From NCBI GenBank assembly GCA_963749495.1, contig CAVVMW010000004.1:608001-672000 (forward strand): DNA of 64,000 nucleotides, read 5' to 3'. The position numbers and the translations under genes are program-made. Of this stretch, positions 50,498-61,238 are shown piece after piece (position 1 is the stretch's first letter; the number at the start of each line of letters is the position of its first letter). This DNA comes from an uncultured bacterium (GTDB taxonomy: Bacteria; Verrucomicrobiota; Verrucomicrobiia; Limisphaerales; UBA8199). Under the pieces are notes generated by a model. The model was not told the DNA's origin and did no database searches. It saw only the letters and a list, made by a program, of their open reading frames with translations.

Positions 50498-52091
50498 ATG
50501 AAAGTGCTCATATGCGACCCGGTTTCGCCGCGCGCAATCGCGGCGTTGGAGCAGCGGCCGGAGTTTGAGGTGGTGGTCCTGCCGCAGCGGCTCTCCGAGG
50601 CGGAGTTGATGCCGGTGGTCAAAGACGTCGTGGCCATGGTGGTGAGGTCGGAAACCAAGGTGACGCGCAAGGTCATCGAGGCGGCGCCGCTGTTGCGAGT
50701 GGTCGGCCGCGCCGGGGTAGGGGTGGACAACGTGGACGTCGAGGCCGCCACGCAGCGCGGGGTGGTGGTCATGAACACGCCCGGGGGCAATACCGTGTCC
50801 ACGGCCGAGCTCTCGTTTGCCATGCTCTTGAGCCTGGCGCGCAAGGTGCCCCTGGCCCATTGCTCGATGGCAGGCGGCAAATGGGACCGCAAGCAGTTCC
50901 AGGGCGTCGAGGTGATGGGCAAGACCCTGGGTGTGCTGGGCCTGGGCCGCATCGGCACCGAGGTGGCGCGGCGCGCCCTGGCCTTCGGCATGCAGGTCCT
51001 GGGCTACGACCCCTTCGTCACAGATGCCCGCGCCAAATCGCTGGGCCTCACCCTGGCGGCGGACCTGGACGAGGTGTACCGCAACGCGGACTTCATCACG
51101 GTACACATGCCCGTCACCGAGCAAACGCGCGGGATGCTCAACGCAGCCGCGTTTGCGAAGATGAAACCCAAGGTCCGCATCATCAATTGCGCTCGAGGTG
51201 GAGATCATTGTCGAGAACGACCTGCTGGCGGCGCTGGATAGCGGCAAGGTGGCCGCGGCGGCGCTGGACGTCTTCCAGACCGAGCCCTTGCCTGCGGGCC
51301 ACCCCTTCCGCAAGCACCCGGGCATCATCCTCACGCCGCACCTGGGCGCCAGCACGGCCGAGGCCCAGGAGAAATGCGGCCTGGAGGTCGCCGAGGTCAT
51401 CGCCGGTTACCTGCTCACGGGCGAGGTGCGCAACGCCGTCAACCTGCCCTACCTGGACGCCAAGACCTACGAGCAGATCCGGCCCTACCTGGTGCTGGGG
51501 GAGAAATTGGGCAGGTTCCTGGCCCAGTTGGCGCCCCAGCAGGTGGACGGCCTCTATATCACTTACGGCGGCAAGGCCAGGGAACTGCCGAATATCGACC
51601 CCGTCACCCGCGCCGTGCTCCTGGGCTTCCTCAGCTCCGTCAAGGACGTCAACAACGTCAACGTCCGCAGCATCGCCTCGACCCTCGGCCTGAACGTCCA
51701 GGAAAAACGCTCCAACGAACCGGTTACCTTCAACGAATGGCTCCACGTCCAGGTGTTCCGCGGCAAGGAAAAGGTCGTCTCGGCCGGCGGCACCTTCTTT
51801 GGCTCGCCCGATAACCCGCGCATCGTGCGCGTGTTCAGCCAGCCGACCGAGATCCTCCCCTCCGGGGTGATCCTCCTCTTGCGCAACAAGGACCGGCCCG
51901 GCATCGTCGGCTACCTGGGCACGCTCATGGGCCGGGCCAAGGTTAATATCGCCAGCATGAGCCTGAGCCGCGATACTCTGGGAGGCTATGCCCTGACCGT
52001 GCTGAACCTGGACAGCGTGCCTCCGCCGCAGGTCCTGGAGGAGATCCAAAGCGACCCCAATATCAGCAATGTCAAAGTGGTCAAACTCTAG
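50498..52091 (+). CDS. serA: D-3-phosphoglycerate dehydrogenase, apparent +1 frameshift near 51200
   Basis: [29 protein letters not shown] and a C-terminal ACT domain. Confidence 0.92.
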
Positions 52092-52128
52092 GCCTCTGAT
52101 AGAATCAAAGATTGAAGTTATGTTTATG

Positions 52129-53226
52129 ATGAAAAAAACGACCCTCTCACTCGTCCTCCTGCTGGGCGTCGCCGCCCTGGCCTGCCGGGGCGCCGCCGCG
52201 CAGACGCCGGCAACCAATGCCGCCGCGCCCCTCAAGCCCGTCAAGCTCTCCGACCTGTTCGAGGACTCGGTCATCGCCAAGGGCAAGGGCTTTGAAGTCA
52301 AGCGCAGCCAGCTCGAGGAGGAACTGACGCGCTTCAAGGCCCGCGCCGCCGCGCAGAACCAGAGAATCAGCCCCGAGCAGATGCCCATGGCTGAGCAAAA
52401 CCTCCTGGAGGACCTGATCCGCCTGGAACTGCTCCGGACCAAGGCCACCCCGGCGGACAAGGAGACCGCCCGGAAAATGGCCGACCAAAAGATGGCGGAG
52501 GCCAGGACCGAACTCGGCTCGGACGAGCGCATGGAGCACCAGCTCAGCGCCATGGGCCTTACACGCCAGGAACTGCTGAGCAAATGGACCGACGCCGCCA
52601 CCGCCGAGACCGTCTTGAAACGCGACCTCAACGTGAACATCACCGACCAGGACGCCAGGAAATTCTACGACGAGAATCCCTCGAAGTTCGAGCAGCCTGA
52701 AATGGTCCGCGCCAGCCACATTCTGCTCATGACCAAGGACCCCAAGACCGGTATGGAGCTGAGCAAGGCGCAACAGGATGCCAAGCGCAAACAGATGGAG
52801 GACATCCTCAAGCGCGCCCGCGCCGGCGAGGACTTCGCCAAGCTGGCCAAGGAATATTCCGAAGACCCCGGGTTGAAGGACAACGGCGGAGAATACACCT
52901 TCCCCCGCGGCCAAATGGTGCGTGAATTCGAAGTCGCCGCCTTCTCGCTCAACACCAACCAGATCAGCGACATCGTCACCACCCAGTTCGGCTACCACAT
53001 CATCAAGCTGAGCGAGAAGATGCCCGCAAAGAAAATCGAACTCGAAAAGGTCCTCAACCGGGTCAAAGACAGCCTCACCCAGCAGGCGATCACAAAACAA
53101 TTCCCCGACTATTACAAGAAGCTCCGCGCCGATGCCAACGTCCAAATCCTCGACGAGCGGCTCAAGCCCAGGGAAAAACCAGCCGACCTGCCGGGGGGGC
53201 CGCTCATCGCGCCGGCGCCAAAATAA
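52129..53226 (+). CDS. Parvulin-type peptidyl-prolyl isomerase (PrsA/SurA-like)
   Basis: Signal peptide; VRASHIL, FAKLAKEYSED and TQFGYHII motifs. Confidence 0.9.
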   Translation: MKKTTLSLVLLLGVAALACRGAAAQTPATNAAAPLKPVKLSDLFEDSVIAKGKGFEVKRSQLEEELTRFKARAAAQNQRISPEQMPMAEQNLLEDLIRLELLRTKATPADKETARKMADQKMAEARTELGSDERMEHQLSAMGLTRQELLSKWTDAATAETVLKRDLNVNITDQDARKFYDENPSKFEQPEMVRASHILLMTKDPKTGMELSKAQQDAKRKQMEDILKRARAGEDFAKLAKEYSEDPGLKDNGGEYTFPRGQMVREFEVAAFSLNTNQISDIVTTQFGYHIIKLSEKMPAKKIELEKVLNRVKDSLTQQAITKQFPDYYKKLRADANVQILDERLKPREKPADLPGGPLIAPAPK

Positions 53227-53257
53227 AGGCTAAAGGCTAAAGGCTAAAGGCTAAAGG
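53225..53257 (+). repeat. Heptamer tandem repeat (TAAAGGC)n
   Basis: Four to five direct copies after the PPIase stop codon. Confidence 0.8.
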
Positions 53258-53432
53258 ACGAAGGGCGGGCGCGATCAGCAAGTGAAAGCGTGTGTGAATT
53301 GGGCCGCCGCTGTGTGCCTCGCGGCGATCGGCCTCCTGCGGACCTCGGCTTCCGAACAGGCCGGCGTCATTCCGCTCTGGCCCGCGGGAGCGCCCGGTGA
53401 AACCGGCGGCGTGGGCGAGGAACACGAATGAT

Positions 53433-54884
53433 TCACAGGGTCCAGCCCTGGCGGTATTGCCGGCGCAGCATCGGGTTGGCTGCCGGCTCGTTCGTGAACC
53501 GGAAAAGCGCGCCATCCCAGTGGAGCTTCTTCTGGCTGCGCACAGCAATGTTGCCCAGCAGGCAAACCTCGGTTACGAGCGCCGCGTGGTCCACAAAGTT
53601 CGAGCCTGCGGCGGGACCGCCGCGGCAGGCGCCGACCCATTCCTCATAATGGCCGGGGGAGCGTGGCAGCGTCTTGGGAGGCAGCCTGTAAGTCTCCATG
53701 CGGGACTCCGGGACCAGCCTGTTCCCCATGAGCTTGCCTTTGTCGCCAATGTAAATGACATCTTGCAGGACATCGTCGTCATCAAACTCCGGCGGACGAG
53801 GCGGCTTCAATCCGCCGTCATACCAGGTGAGGGTCACCGGTGAGAGCTCGCCGCGCGCGGGAAACTCGAACCTCACGATCTCGCCCAACGGATAGGTTTC
53901 CGTGCTGAGTTTGGTTGCGCTGGCCTCGACGGTGACCGGATGGCCCAGGTTCAGCGCCTTGAAGACGGTCGAGAGTTTGTGCAAGCCAAGGTCCCCGAGG
54001 AGTCCCGTGCCAAAGTCGAGCCAGTTGCGCCAGGTCCACGGGTGGTAGGCGGGATGATAGGGACGAAACGGGGCGGGTCCCAGCCACAGGTCCCAGTCCA
54101 ACCCGTCGGGGACTGGCGGCGTCTCCGGCGGGCGGCCTTCCCACGTGGGCCAACTCCAGAATCGGGGCCCGCACCATACCTGCACCTCACGCGCCTGGCC
54201 GATGGCCCCCTGGGCAATGATTTCCCGCGTCACGCGCGCCGCATCGGCCGCTTGACCCTGGTTGCCGCATTGCGTGGCCACTTTGGCTTTGCGCGCCGCC
54301 TCCGCGACCTGCCGCGCTTCTTCGACCGAATACGTGAGGGGCTTCTCGCAATAGACGTGCTTGCCGCGTTGCAGGGCGGTCATCGTGATCACGGCATGAG
54401 TGTGGTCGGGCGTGGCGACCATCACCGCGTCCACGTCCTCCTTTTCGAGCAATTCCCGATAATCGGCATAGGCCCTGCAGCCGCGGTATTGGCCCGACGG
54501 CCGCTCCTTGGCATAAAGCTCGTCCATGAGGCGGCGCACCGGCTCGCGCCCGGATAGCCGCCGCTCGTTGCCCTCCGACCAGTACCAGGACTGGTAACCG
54601 CCCCCTTCGCGATTCACATCACAGACCGCCACCACCTGCACTTCCGGCAGCTTCTGCAACGCGATCATGTCCTCGGTGCCCTGTCCACCCATTCCGATGC
54701 CGGCCAGAGTGAGCTTCCCGCCTGGCGAGATCCGGCCCGGCCCGCCCAGCACGTGCCTGGGTACGAGCGTGAGCGCGGACAGCGCCAGTCCGGCCGAGGC
54801 CGTTTGGAGGAATTGGCGGCGAGTGATGTTGAGGGTTTGCGAGGCCGGATTGGCCGGGACTCTCTGTTCGTGTGGTTGCTCCAT
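53433..54884 (-). CDS. Gfo/Idh/MocA oxidoreductase with Tat signal
   Basis: TRRQFL, GIGMGGQG, ATPDHTH and YCEKP motifs. Confidence 0.9.
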   Translation of the reverse strand: MEQPHEQRVPANPASQTLNITRRQFLQTASAGLALSALTLVPRHVLGGPGRISPGGKLTLAGIGMGGQGTEDMIALQKLPEVQVVAVCDVNREGGGYQSWYWSEGNERRLSGREPVRRLMDELYAKERPSGQYRGCRAYADYRELLEKEDVDAVMVATPDHTHAVITMTALQRGKHVYCEKPLTYSVEEARQVAEAARKAKVATQCGNQGQAADAARVTREIIAQGAIGQAREVQVWCGPRFWSWPTWEGRPPETPPVPDGLDWDLWLGPAPFRPYHPAYHPWTWRNWLDFGTGLLGDLGLHKLSTVFKALNLGHPVTVEASATKLSTETYPLGEIVRFEFPARGELSPVTLTWYDGGLKPPRPPEFDDDDVLQDVIYIGDKGKLMGNRLVPESRMETYRLPPKTLPRSPGHYEEWVGACRGGPAAGSNFVDHAALVTEVCLLGNIAVRSQKKLHWDGALFRFTNEPAANPMLRRQYRQGWTL

Positions 54885-55096
54885 AATGCGTCCTTGGAAG
54901 CCCGGCGGGTTTCCTGACACCATGCCCGCGAGGGGGAGTGGATTCCTGGCCGAGCTCATGTTCCGGTATCAATACAGCGCAGTGTGCGGCAGGCAGGGAC
55001 TCAGTCAAGCGGAAGGTAGCCACCCTCGTAACCGCAAGTAGTGCGTCGCATACGGGGAGTTGACATTCGCCCGGCGCCCGCGTAGCCTGCCGCCCG

Positions 55097-55975
55097 ATGA
55101 ATGCGTTGGCTGACTCGCTGCTCGAACTGATTCGGCGCACCTCCGCCGAGATCCCGGATGACGTGCACCAGGCAATTCTCGGCTCGCTCGGACGGGAGCA
55201 GGAAGGGACCATCGCCCGCAACGCGATGGAGATCATCGACCGGAACATCGCCCTGGCCCGGAAGAAGTCCCAACCCATCTGCCAGGATACCGGCAGCATC
55301 CTGTTCTATGTCGGGTGCCCGATGGGTTTCGACCAAACCCATTTCGAGGAGACCGCCCGCGAGGCGGTCAGGCTGGCCACCCGCAAGGGCTATTTGCGGC
55401 AGAATTCCGTGGACTCGATCACGGGGCGCAACGACGGCACGAACGTGGGCCCCGGCTCGCCCATCCTGCACTTTGACCAGCACCGCTCGCCCGGGACCGA
55501 GGTGCGGCTCATCCTCAAGGGCGGCGGGTGCGAGAATGTCGGCGCGCAATATTCGTTGCCCAACGAGAAGCTCAAGGCCAATCGTGATTTGGACGGCTGC
55601 CGCAAGGCGATCCTCGACGCGGTGTTCCAGGCCCAGGGCAAGGGGTGCGGCCCGGGCATCCTGGGCATCTGCATCGGGGGCGACCGCGCCACGGGCTACG
55701 AATTCTCCAAGCGGCAACTCCTGCGGCGGCTGGAGGATCGCAATCCCAATCCCGACCTCGACCGCCTCGAACAAGAGGTCGTCGCCACTGCCAACAAGCT
55801 GGGCATCGGCCCGATGGGTTTCGGCGGCCAGACGACCCTGCTGGGCGCCAAGATCGGCGTCCTCAACCGCCTGCCCGCCTCCTATTTCGTCAGCATCAGC
55901 TATATGTGCTGGGCCTACCGCCGTCAGGGCATCGCCCTCGGCCCCGGTGGAGAAGTCGAAAGGTGGTTGTATTAG
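55097..55975 (+). CDS. Class I fumarate hydratase, alpha subunit
   Basis: PICQDTG, KGGGCEN, GKGCGP and GIGPMGFGG motifs. Confidence 0.88.
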   Translation: MNALADSLLELIRRTSAEIPDDVHQAILGSLGREQEGTIARNAMEIIDRNIALARKKSQPICQDTGSILFYVGCPMGFDQTHFEETAREAVRLATRKGYLRQNSVDSITGRNDGTNVGPGSPILHFDQHRSPGTEVRLILKGGGCENVGAQYSLPNEKLKANRDLDGCRKAILDAVFQAQGKGCGPGILGICIGGDRATGYEFSKRQLLRRLEDRNPNPDLDRLEQEVVATANKLGIGPMGFGGQTTLLGAKIGVLNRLPASYFVSISYMCWAYRRQGIALGPGGEVERWLY

Positions 55976-56040
55976 TGTGGTGTCTCCGAAATGGCTATAC
56001 ACCTCACGTTTCACGTTTCACGCCTCACGTTTTCACCCCC

Positions 56041-56616
56041 ATGATCTCTCTCACCACACCCCTTAGCGAAGCGGCGGTCCGCGCCTTGAAAGTAGGCGAT
56101 GAGGCCGCCATCACCGGCACTCTGTTCACCGGGCGCGATGCCGTCCACAAGTATCTCCATGAAGGCGGGCGGCTCCCGCCGGGTGTGAGCCTCAAGGGAG
56201 GGATTCTCTACCACTGCGGTCCGGTGGTCATCAAGGACGAGCGGGGCAACTGGAAATGCGTCGCCGCCGGCCCCACGACCTCCATCCGCGAGGAGCCCTA
56301 CCAAGGGCAGATCATCCGGGACTTCGGGTTGCGCGGCATCATCGGCAAAGGCGGGATGGCGGAGAGGACGCTCTCGGCCTGCAAGGAACACGGGTGCGTG
56401 TATCTCCACGCGGTCGGCGGCGCCGCACAGGTCCTGGCCGAGTGCATCCGCAGGGTGCCCAACGTCTATTTCATGGAGCAGTTCGGCGCCCCCGAGGCCA
56501 TCTGGGAATTCGAGGTGGCCGCCTTCCCGGTCGTCGTCACTATGGACGCCCGCGGCAACTCGCTGCACAAAGAGGTCCTGGCCGCCAGCCAGGCCCAGTT
56601 GGCCAAATTCGTGTAG
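56041..56616 (+). CDS. Class I fumarate hydratase, beta subunit
   Basis: TGRDAVH, HCGPV, AGPTTS and GKGGM motifs. Confidence 0.88.
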   Translation: MISLTTPLSEAAVRALKVGDEAAITGTLFTGRDAVHKYLHEGGRLPPGVSLKGGILYHCGPVVIKDERGNWKCVAAGPTTSIREEPYQGQIIRDFGLRGIIGKGGMAERTLSACKEHGCVYLHAVGGAAQVLAECIRRVPNVYFMEQFGAPEAIWEFEVAAFPVVVTMDARGNSLHKEVLAASQAQLAKFV

Positions 56617-56804
56617 CGCTGACCGAGGCCGCAGCCGGGCCTTTCTCCCGGCCCAAGGGGCCGCGAGAGCCCAGCCCAGGGCTGAGGCCGTCAGGCCGAT
56701 GCCCTGGGTACAGGGCCGGCGAACTCAATCGCGCCCTGAAAGAACTCCCGGAACGAATTCGCGCTTTGCGCCCCTGAACCTCGACACTGCGTTCCCGTCC
56801 CGCG

Positions 56805-56895
56805 AAGCGTTTTGGACTGCGGCAGTCCTCTGCCGCTTTTGTGTCCCCTCGCTGCCGGCGCGAAAGCGGCAGAGGACTGCCGCAGTCCAAAACCT
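56805..56895. repeat. REP-like palindrome
   Basis: TTTTGGACTGCGGCAGTCCTCTGCCGCTTT ... AAAGCGGCAGAGGACTGCCGCAGTCCAAAA. Confidence 0.8.
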
Positions 56896-57080
56896 TCGGA
56901 CATGGTGTCGGTTCATGGGGACGCTCCGGCGGCCTCTCCATGATGTGGTTACTTTCTTGTCTCGCACCGGGCCTTACGCCCCCACCCCTCCACTCCGCTT
57001 GCGCACCCCTCAAGTTTGGGGCAACATGAAACGCGGGTATCAGGCTACTCACAGTTGACCACGCAACGAACAGAAACGCT

Positions 57081-57926
57081 ATGGCAAAGCAAATGAACAA
57101 AACACCTAAAGACCCCGTCGCGGAACTCGGGGGCGAGGAGAGTTTTCGCCTCCTGGTCGAGAGCGTCAAGGACTACGCGATTGTCATGCTGGATCCGACC
57201 GGCCACGTGGTCAGTTGGAATGAGGGCGCCCAGCGCATCAAGGGGTGGCGCGCCGAGGAGATTCTGGGCAAACACTTCTCCTGTTTTTATCCCCCGGAGG
57301 CCCTCCAAAAGGGCTTTCCGGAGCAGGAACTCAAGGCGGCGGCCAAGGACGGCCGGTTCGAAGACGAGAATTGGCGTGTGCGCAAAGACGGGTCGAAGTT
57401 TTGGGCCAACGTCGTCGTCACGGCCTTGCGTGACAAGAATGGCAGGCTGCGGGGTTTCGGCAAAGTGACGCGCAACCTGACCGAGCGCAGGCAGGCCGAG
57501 GAGCGCATACAGCAGCAATCCCGCGAGATCATGGAGTTGTCCACGCCGGTGATGCAGGTCTGGCAAGGCGTCGTGGCCGCCCCGCTCATCGGCTCGCTCG
57601 ACAGCCAGCGCACCCAGCAGTTCATGGAGCGACTGCTCAATCGCATCGTGGAGACCAACTCCCCTGTCGCCCTGGTCGATATTATGGGCGTGCCCACCAT
57701 CGATACCCAGACCGCCCAGCACCTCATCGATACCGTGAGCGCGGTCCGGTTGCTCGGCGCCCAGGTGGTCCTGACCGGTGTGCGGCCCGCCATCGCCCAG
57801 ACGCTGGTACACCTGGGGATTGACCTCTCGGACATCGTCACCCGCTCCTCGCTCGCCGCCGGATTGCAGGTCGCCCTCGAAATCCTCGACCTCCAGGTCG
57901 TCAATAAGAACGCTGGCAGCCAATGA
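57081..57926 (+). CDS. rsbR: RsbR-like PAS-STAS stressosome sensor
   Basis: PAS domain (SWNEGA..RKDGS.FWANVV) followed by ELSTPV..PLIGSLDSQR STAS domain. Confidence 0.85.
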   Translation: MAKQMNKTPKDPVAELGGEESFRLLVESVKDYAIVMLDPTGHVVSWNEGAQRIKGWRAEEILGKHFSCFYPPEALQKGFPEQELKAAAKDGRFEDENWRVRKDGSKFWANVVVTALRDKNGRLRGFGKVTRNLTERRQAEERIQQQSREIMELSTPVMQVWQGVVAAPLIGSLDSQRTQQFMERLLNRIVETNSPVALVDIMGVPTIDTQTAQHLIDTVSAVRLLGAQVVLTGVRPAIAQTLVHLGIDLSDIVTRSSLAAGLQVALEILDLQVVNKNAGSQ

Positions 57927-57938
57927 GCATGGCGCGTT

Positions 57939-58370
57939 ATGTCAGCCGAAAGCATCTCCGTCCTCAAAGTCCGCAACGTTCTCCTGGTCACGGTGCCGCC
58001 CGACCCTGACGATGCCACCGTCTCGGCGCTCCAGCAAGGGGTGCTGGACGCGATGGCGCAACACGGCGCCAAGGGACTTGTGCTGGACATCTCGACAGTC
58101 CAGACGCTGGACTCCTTCTTCGCGCGAACGGTGACCGAGACCGTGCAGATGGTCGCCTTGATGGGGGGGCGGACGGTGGTGGCGGGCATGCGCCCGAGCG
58201 TGGCCGTCATTGCCACACAACTGGGACTCACCCTGGGGCGCGCAGAGACCGCCCTGGACGTGGACCGGGCCTTGGAGCGGTTGCGCGGCGCGCCAGTGGC
58301 GCACCGCCGCGCAGGTCGAGGCGGCTCGCACCTGAACCGCAGAACGGCCAATCACGGGGAGGCCGCATGA
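57939..58370 (+). CDS. rsbS: RsbS STAS antagonist
   Basis: LDSFFART..GMRPSVA motif. Confidence 0.85.
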   Translation: MSAESISVLKVRNVLLVTVPPDPDDATVSALQQGVLDAMAQHGAKGLVLDISTVQTLDSFFARTVTETVQMVALMGGRTVVAGMRPSVAVIATQLGLTLGRAETALDVDRALERLRGAPVAHRRAGRGGSHLNRRTANHGEAA

Positions 58371-58840
58371 ACCGAACAGCCGTCCCAGCTCCCGAGGCCC
58401 CCGGCCGGCCGGAAGAGGCGCCCGGGAAAACCCGCGACCCGGAAATCCAGGGCGAACTGCGCATTACCTCGGAGGGCGACATCGTTGCCGCCCGCAAGGC
58501 CATCCGCAAGGCAGCGACCGCCTTGGGCTTTGGCCTCATCAACGTGACCCGCATCGTTACCGCGGCTTCCGAGTTGACCCGCAACATCTACCAGTATGCC
58601 GGTTCGGGCGCTGTGCGCTGGCGCGCGCTGGCCAAGGGCGGCGCCTTTGGGTTGGAATTGGTGTTCGAGGACCAGGGCCCTGGGATTCCCGATGTTCAAA
58701 AGGCCCTGGAGCCGGGGTTCACCACGGGGCGCGGCATGGGGCTGGGATTGCCCGGCGCCAGGCGCCTGATGGATGAAATGAGGATCGAGTCCGAGGTGGG
58801 CAGAGGGACGCTGGTGGAGGTCAGGAAATGGTTGAAATAG
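58367..58840 (+). CDS. rsbT: RsbT serine kinase / anti-sigma factor
   Basis: TAASELTRNIYQYAG, DQGPGI and GLGLPG motifs. Confidence 0.88.
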   Translation: MNRTAVPAPEAPGRPEEAPGKTRDPEIQGELRITSEGDIVAARKAIRKAATALGFGLINVTRIVTAASELTRNIYQYAGSGAVRWRALAKGGAFGLELVFEDQGPGIPDVQKALEPGFTTGRGMGLGLPGARRLMDEMRIESEVGRGTLVEVRKWLK

Positions 58841-59859
58841 AGGCAGGCGGCAACTGGGCGCTCCAGACCATCGAGGTGCGTCAGCGAAGCGACGTCGCCG
58901 CCGCGCGACGGGCGGCCAAGGCAGCCGCCGAGACGCTTGGCTTCGAGGGCGTGGCCTGCGAGGAGATTGGGCTGGCCATGACCGAGCTGGCCACCAACCT
59001 GCTCAGGCATGCCCGGGCCGGCAGGCTGGTCCTGGTGCCGCTTGCGGCCCGAGGGCGGGTCGGGCTGGAGATTCAATCGCAAGACCAGGGTCCCGGCATC
59101 GCGGACGTGGAGCGCGCCCTGGCGGACGGCTTCTCCACCGCTGCCAGCCTGGGCTGCGGCCTGGGCGCCGTGAACCGGCTGATGGACGAGTTTGACATCG
59201 GTTCGCGCCCCAGCGGCACCCGCATCGTCTGCAGGAAGTGGCGCCGCCGCCACCACGTCAGTCTCCGGGCTTGCCCTTTGGCCTTCGGCGCGGCCACCCG
59301 GCCGCGCCCGGGCTATGACCTGAATGGAGACGCGTTGGTCCTGCGCCGGTGGGGGGAGAGCGCGTTGGCGGGGATTATTGATGGATTGGGCCACGGGCAA
59401 TTTGCGCACCGGGCGGCGGAAGCGGCGCGCCAGTACGTCGAGAGCCATCACGATTCGCCGCTGGGCCAGTTGTTCGCGGGTGCCGGGCGCGCCTGCCGGG
59501 GCACGCGCGGCGTGGTGATGGCGCTGGCGCGCTTCGATTGGGCGCTGGAGACACTGGCCTTTGCCTCCGTGGGCGACATCGAGGTCCGGGCCTTCCCCCG
59601 TTCCGTGCGGTTCCCATTCCCTACCCAGCGCGGCATCGTCGGCCTCAACGCCCCCCCTGCCACCGTCACCAAGCATCACTGGTCCGCAGACAACATCATG
59701 GTCCTCCACTCCGACGGCCTGGACACCCACTGGTCGTTGGAGGATTTTCCCGGCTTGGCCCACAAACCCGCCGGCCCGATGGCCCGGCAACTGTTGCAGG
59801 CCCTGGCCAAAGACCACGATGACGCCACTGTGCTCGTCATCCGAAAGGCCACGCCATGA
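58828..59859 (+). CDS. RsbT-like kinase fused to RsbX/SpoIIE-type phosphatase
   Basis: ELATNLLRHA and DQGPGI, then NGD, DGLGHG, HSDGL and DDAT. Confidence 0.85.
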   Translation: MVEIEAGGNWALQTIEVRQRSDVAAARRAAKAAAETLGFEGVACEEIGLAMTELATNLLRHARAGRLVLVPLAARGRVGLEIQSQDQGPGIADVERALADGFSTAASLGCGLGAVNRLMDEFDIGSRPSGTRIVCRKWRRRHHVSLRACPLAFGAATRPRPGYDLNGDALVLRRWGESALAGIIDGLGHGQFAHRAAEAARQYVESHHDSPLGQLFAGAGRACRGTRGVVMALARFDWALETLAFASVGDIEVRAFPRSVRFPFPTQRGIVGLNAPPATVTKHHWSADNIMVLHSDGLDTHWSLEDFPGLAHKPAGPMARQLLQALAKDHDDATVLVIRKATP

Positions 59860-61179
59860 CCGCCGAAGAGCTGCAAGAGCAATTGGCCAGAATGGAGGCG
59901 ATGGTCCGCGCCCTCCAGCAGGAACTGGCAGAGAGCAACCGCCGCCTGGCCGCCCTGACCCTTGGGCTGGAGAAGCGCATCGATGAGCGCGACGCCGGCC
60001 TGCGCGCCGCCAATGCCGCGCTCGAGCAAAGCAACACCAGGCTGGCGGGCGCCGAGGCGACGGTCCGCGCCCTGCAGGAAGAGTTGAGCGAGACCAACCG
60101 CGGCCTGGTGGCCCTGACACTCGAGCTGGAGCAGCGCGTGGATGCCCGCACCGCGGAATTGCGGCAGTTGAACCTCGAACTCGAGGCCCGCGTCCAGGAG
60201 CGCACCGCCCAACTGCGCCAGGCCAACGACAATCTCCAGAACTTCGCCCACTCGGCGGCCCACGACCTGCGCGCGCCCCTGCGGGCGATCAAGAGCTTCT
60301 CGGACATCGTCCTGGACGAATACGCCCGGCAACTCGATCCCCAGGGGCAATCGCTGCTCCAGCGCATCACGCAATCCGCCGCCCAAATGCAGCAACTCCT
60401 GGATGACCTGCTCGAGGTACAGCAAGATCGGCCAGGAGGAACTCAGGCTCGAACCCGTGAGCCTGCAAGACGCCGTGCGCGATGCGCTGGCCCTGCTCGA
60501 GGCCGACGTTCACGCCAAAGAGGCCAGCGTCACCGTGGAAGATTCACTGCCTGAAGTCATCGGCCACTCCGCCACACTCGTGCTCCTGATCAATAACCTG
60601 GTCTCCAATGCGCTCAAATTCGTCTCGCCCGGCGTGGTGCCACGAATCCACATCCGGGCCGAGGAAGTGCAGAGTGCGGAAGACGGAGGTCGGAGGTCGG
60701 AGGTCGGAGGTCGGAGTCAGCCCCCGTCGCTCGATTCTGCTCCCGCGCTCGGCGCCCCGCCCGACTCCGCACTCCGCACTCCGTCCACCCTCCGTAGCAG
60801 AGCTACTGCGGAGGACGGGCACTCCGCACTTGGAAGGGTCCGCCTGTGGGTGGAGGACAACGGCATTGGCATCGAGCCCAGAGACCTGGGCAAGGTCTTT
60901 CATGTCTTTCAGCGTCTGCACGGCAGAAGCCTCTATCCTGGCACCGGCTTGGGCTTGGCCATCGTCCGCAAGGGCGCCGAGCGCATGGGCGGCTCCGTCG
61001 GCGTCAAATCCCAACCGGGCGCCGGCAGCCGCTTCTGGGTGGACCTGCCCCAGGCCGGTCAGTGCAGCGTTCGACAAACAGGTGGTCAGCTTTCGCAGGC
61101 GACGGTTGAAAAGCAGCCGAACACCGGAGGGGCGAGGGTCGAGAGAAGAGGGCCGAGGGGCGAGGGTCGAGGAGGCTGA
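59856..61179 (+). CDS. Sensor histidine kinase; frameshift near 60416 and in-frame repeat insertion
   Basis: AHDLRAPL, NLVSNALKF, EDNGIG and GTGLGLAI motifs. Confidence 0.85.
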
Positions 61180-61228
61180 TCTCCATCACTCGACCCTCGG
61201 CCCTCGGCCCTGGCCGCCCTCGCGGTGT
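61122..61228. repeat. Heptamer-based inverted repeat (GAGGGTC/GACCCTC family) between convergent genes
   Basis: Complementary heptamer tracts. Confidence 0.7.
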
Positions 61229-61238
61229 GAATGCCCGA

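Noticed and set aside
51190..51210. Programmed frameshift or pseudogenisation of serA (similar breaks in brxL, the kinase and the exonuclease)
   Set aside because: Single-base indels with no slippery site or stimulator; sequencing error is more likely for a housekeeping gene.
53284..53432. Fragment resembling an alpha/beta-hydrolase N-terminus (IPLWPAGAPG)
   Set aside because: Too short and truncated to support a call.
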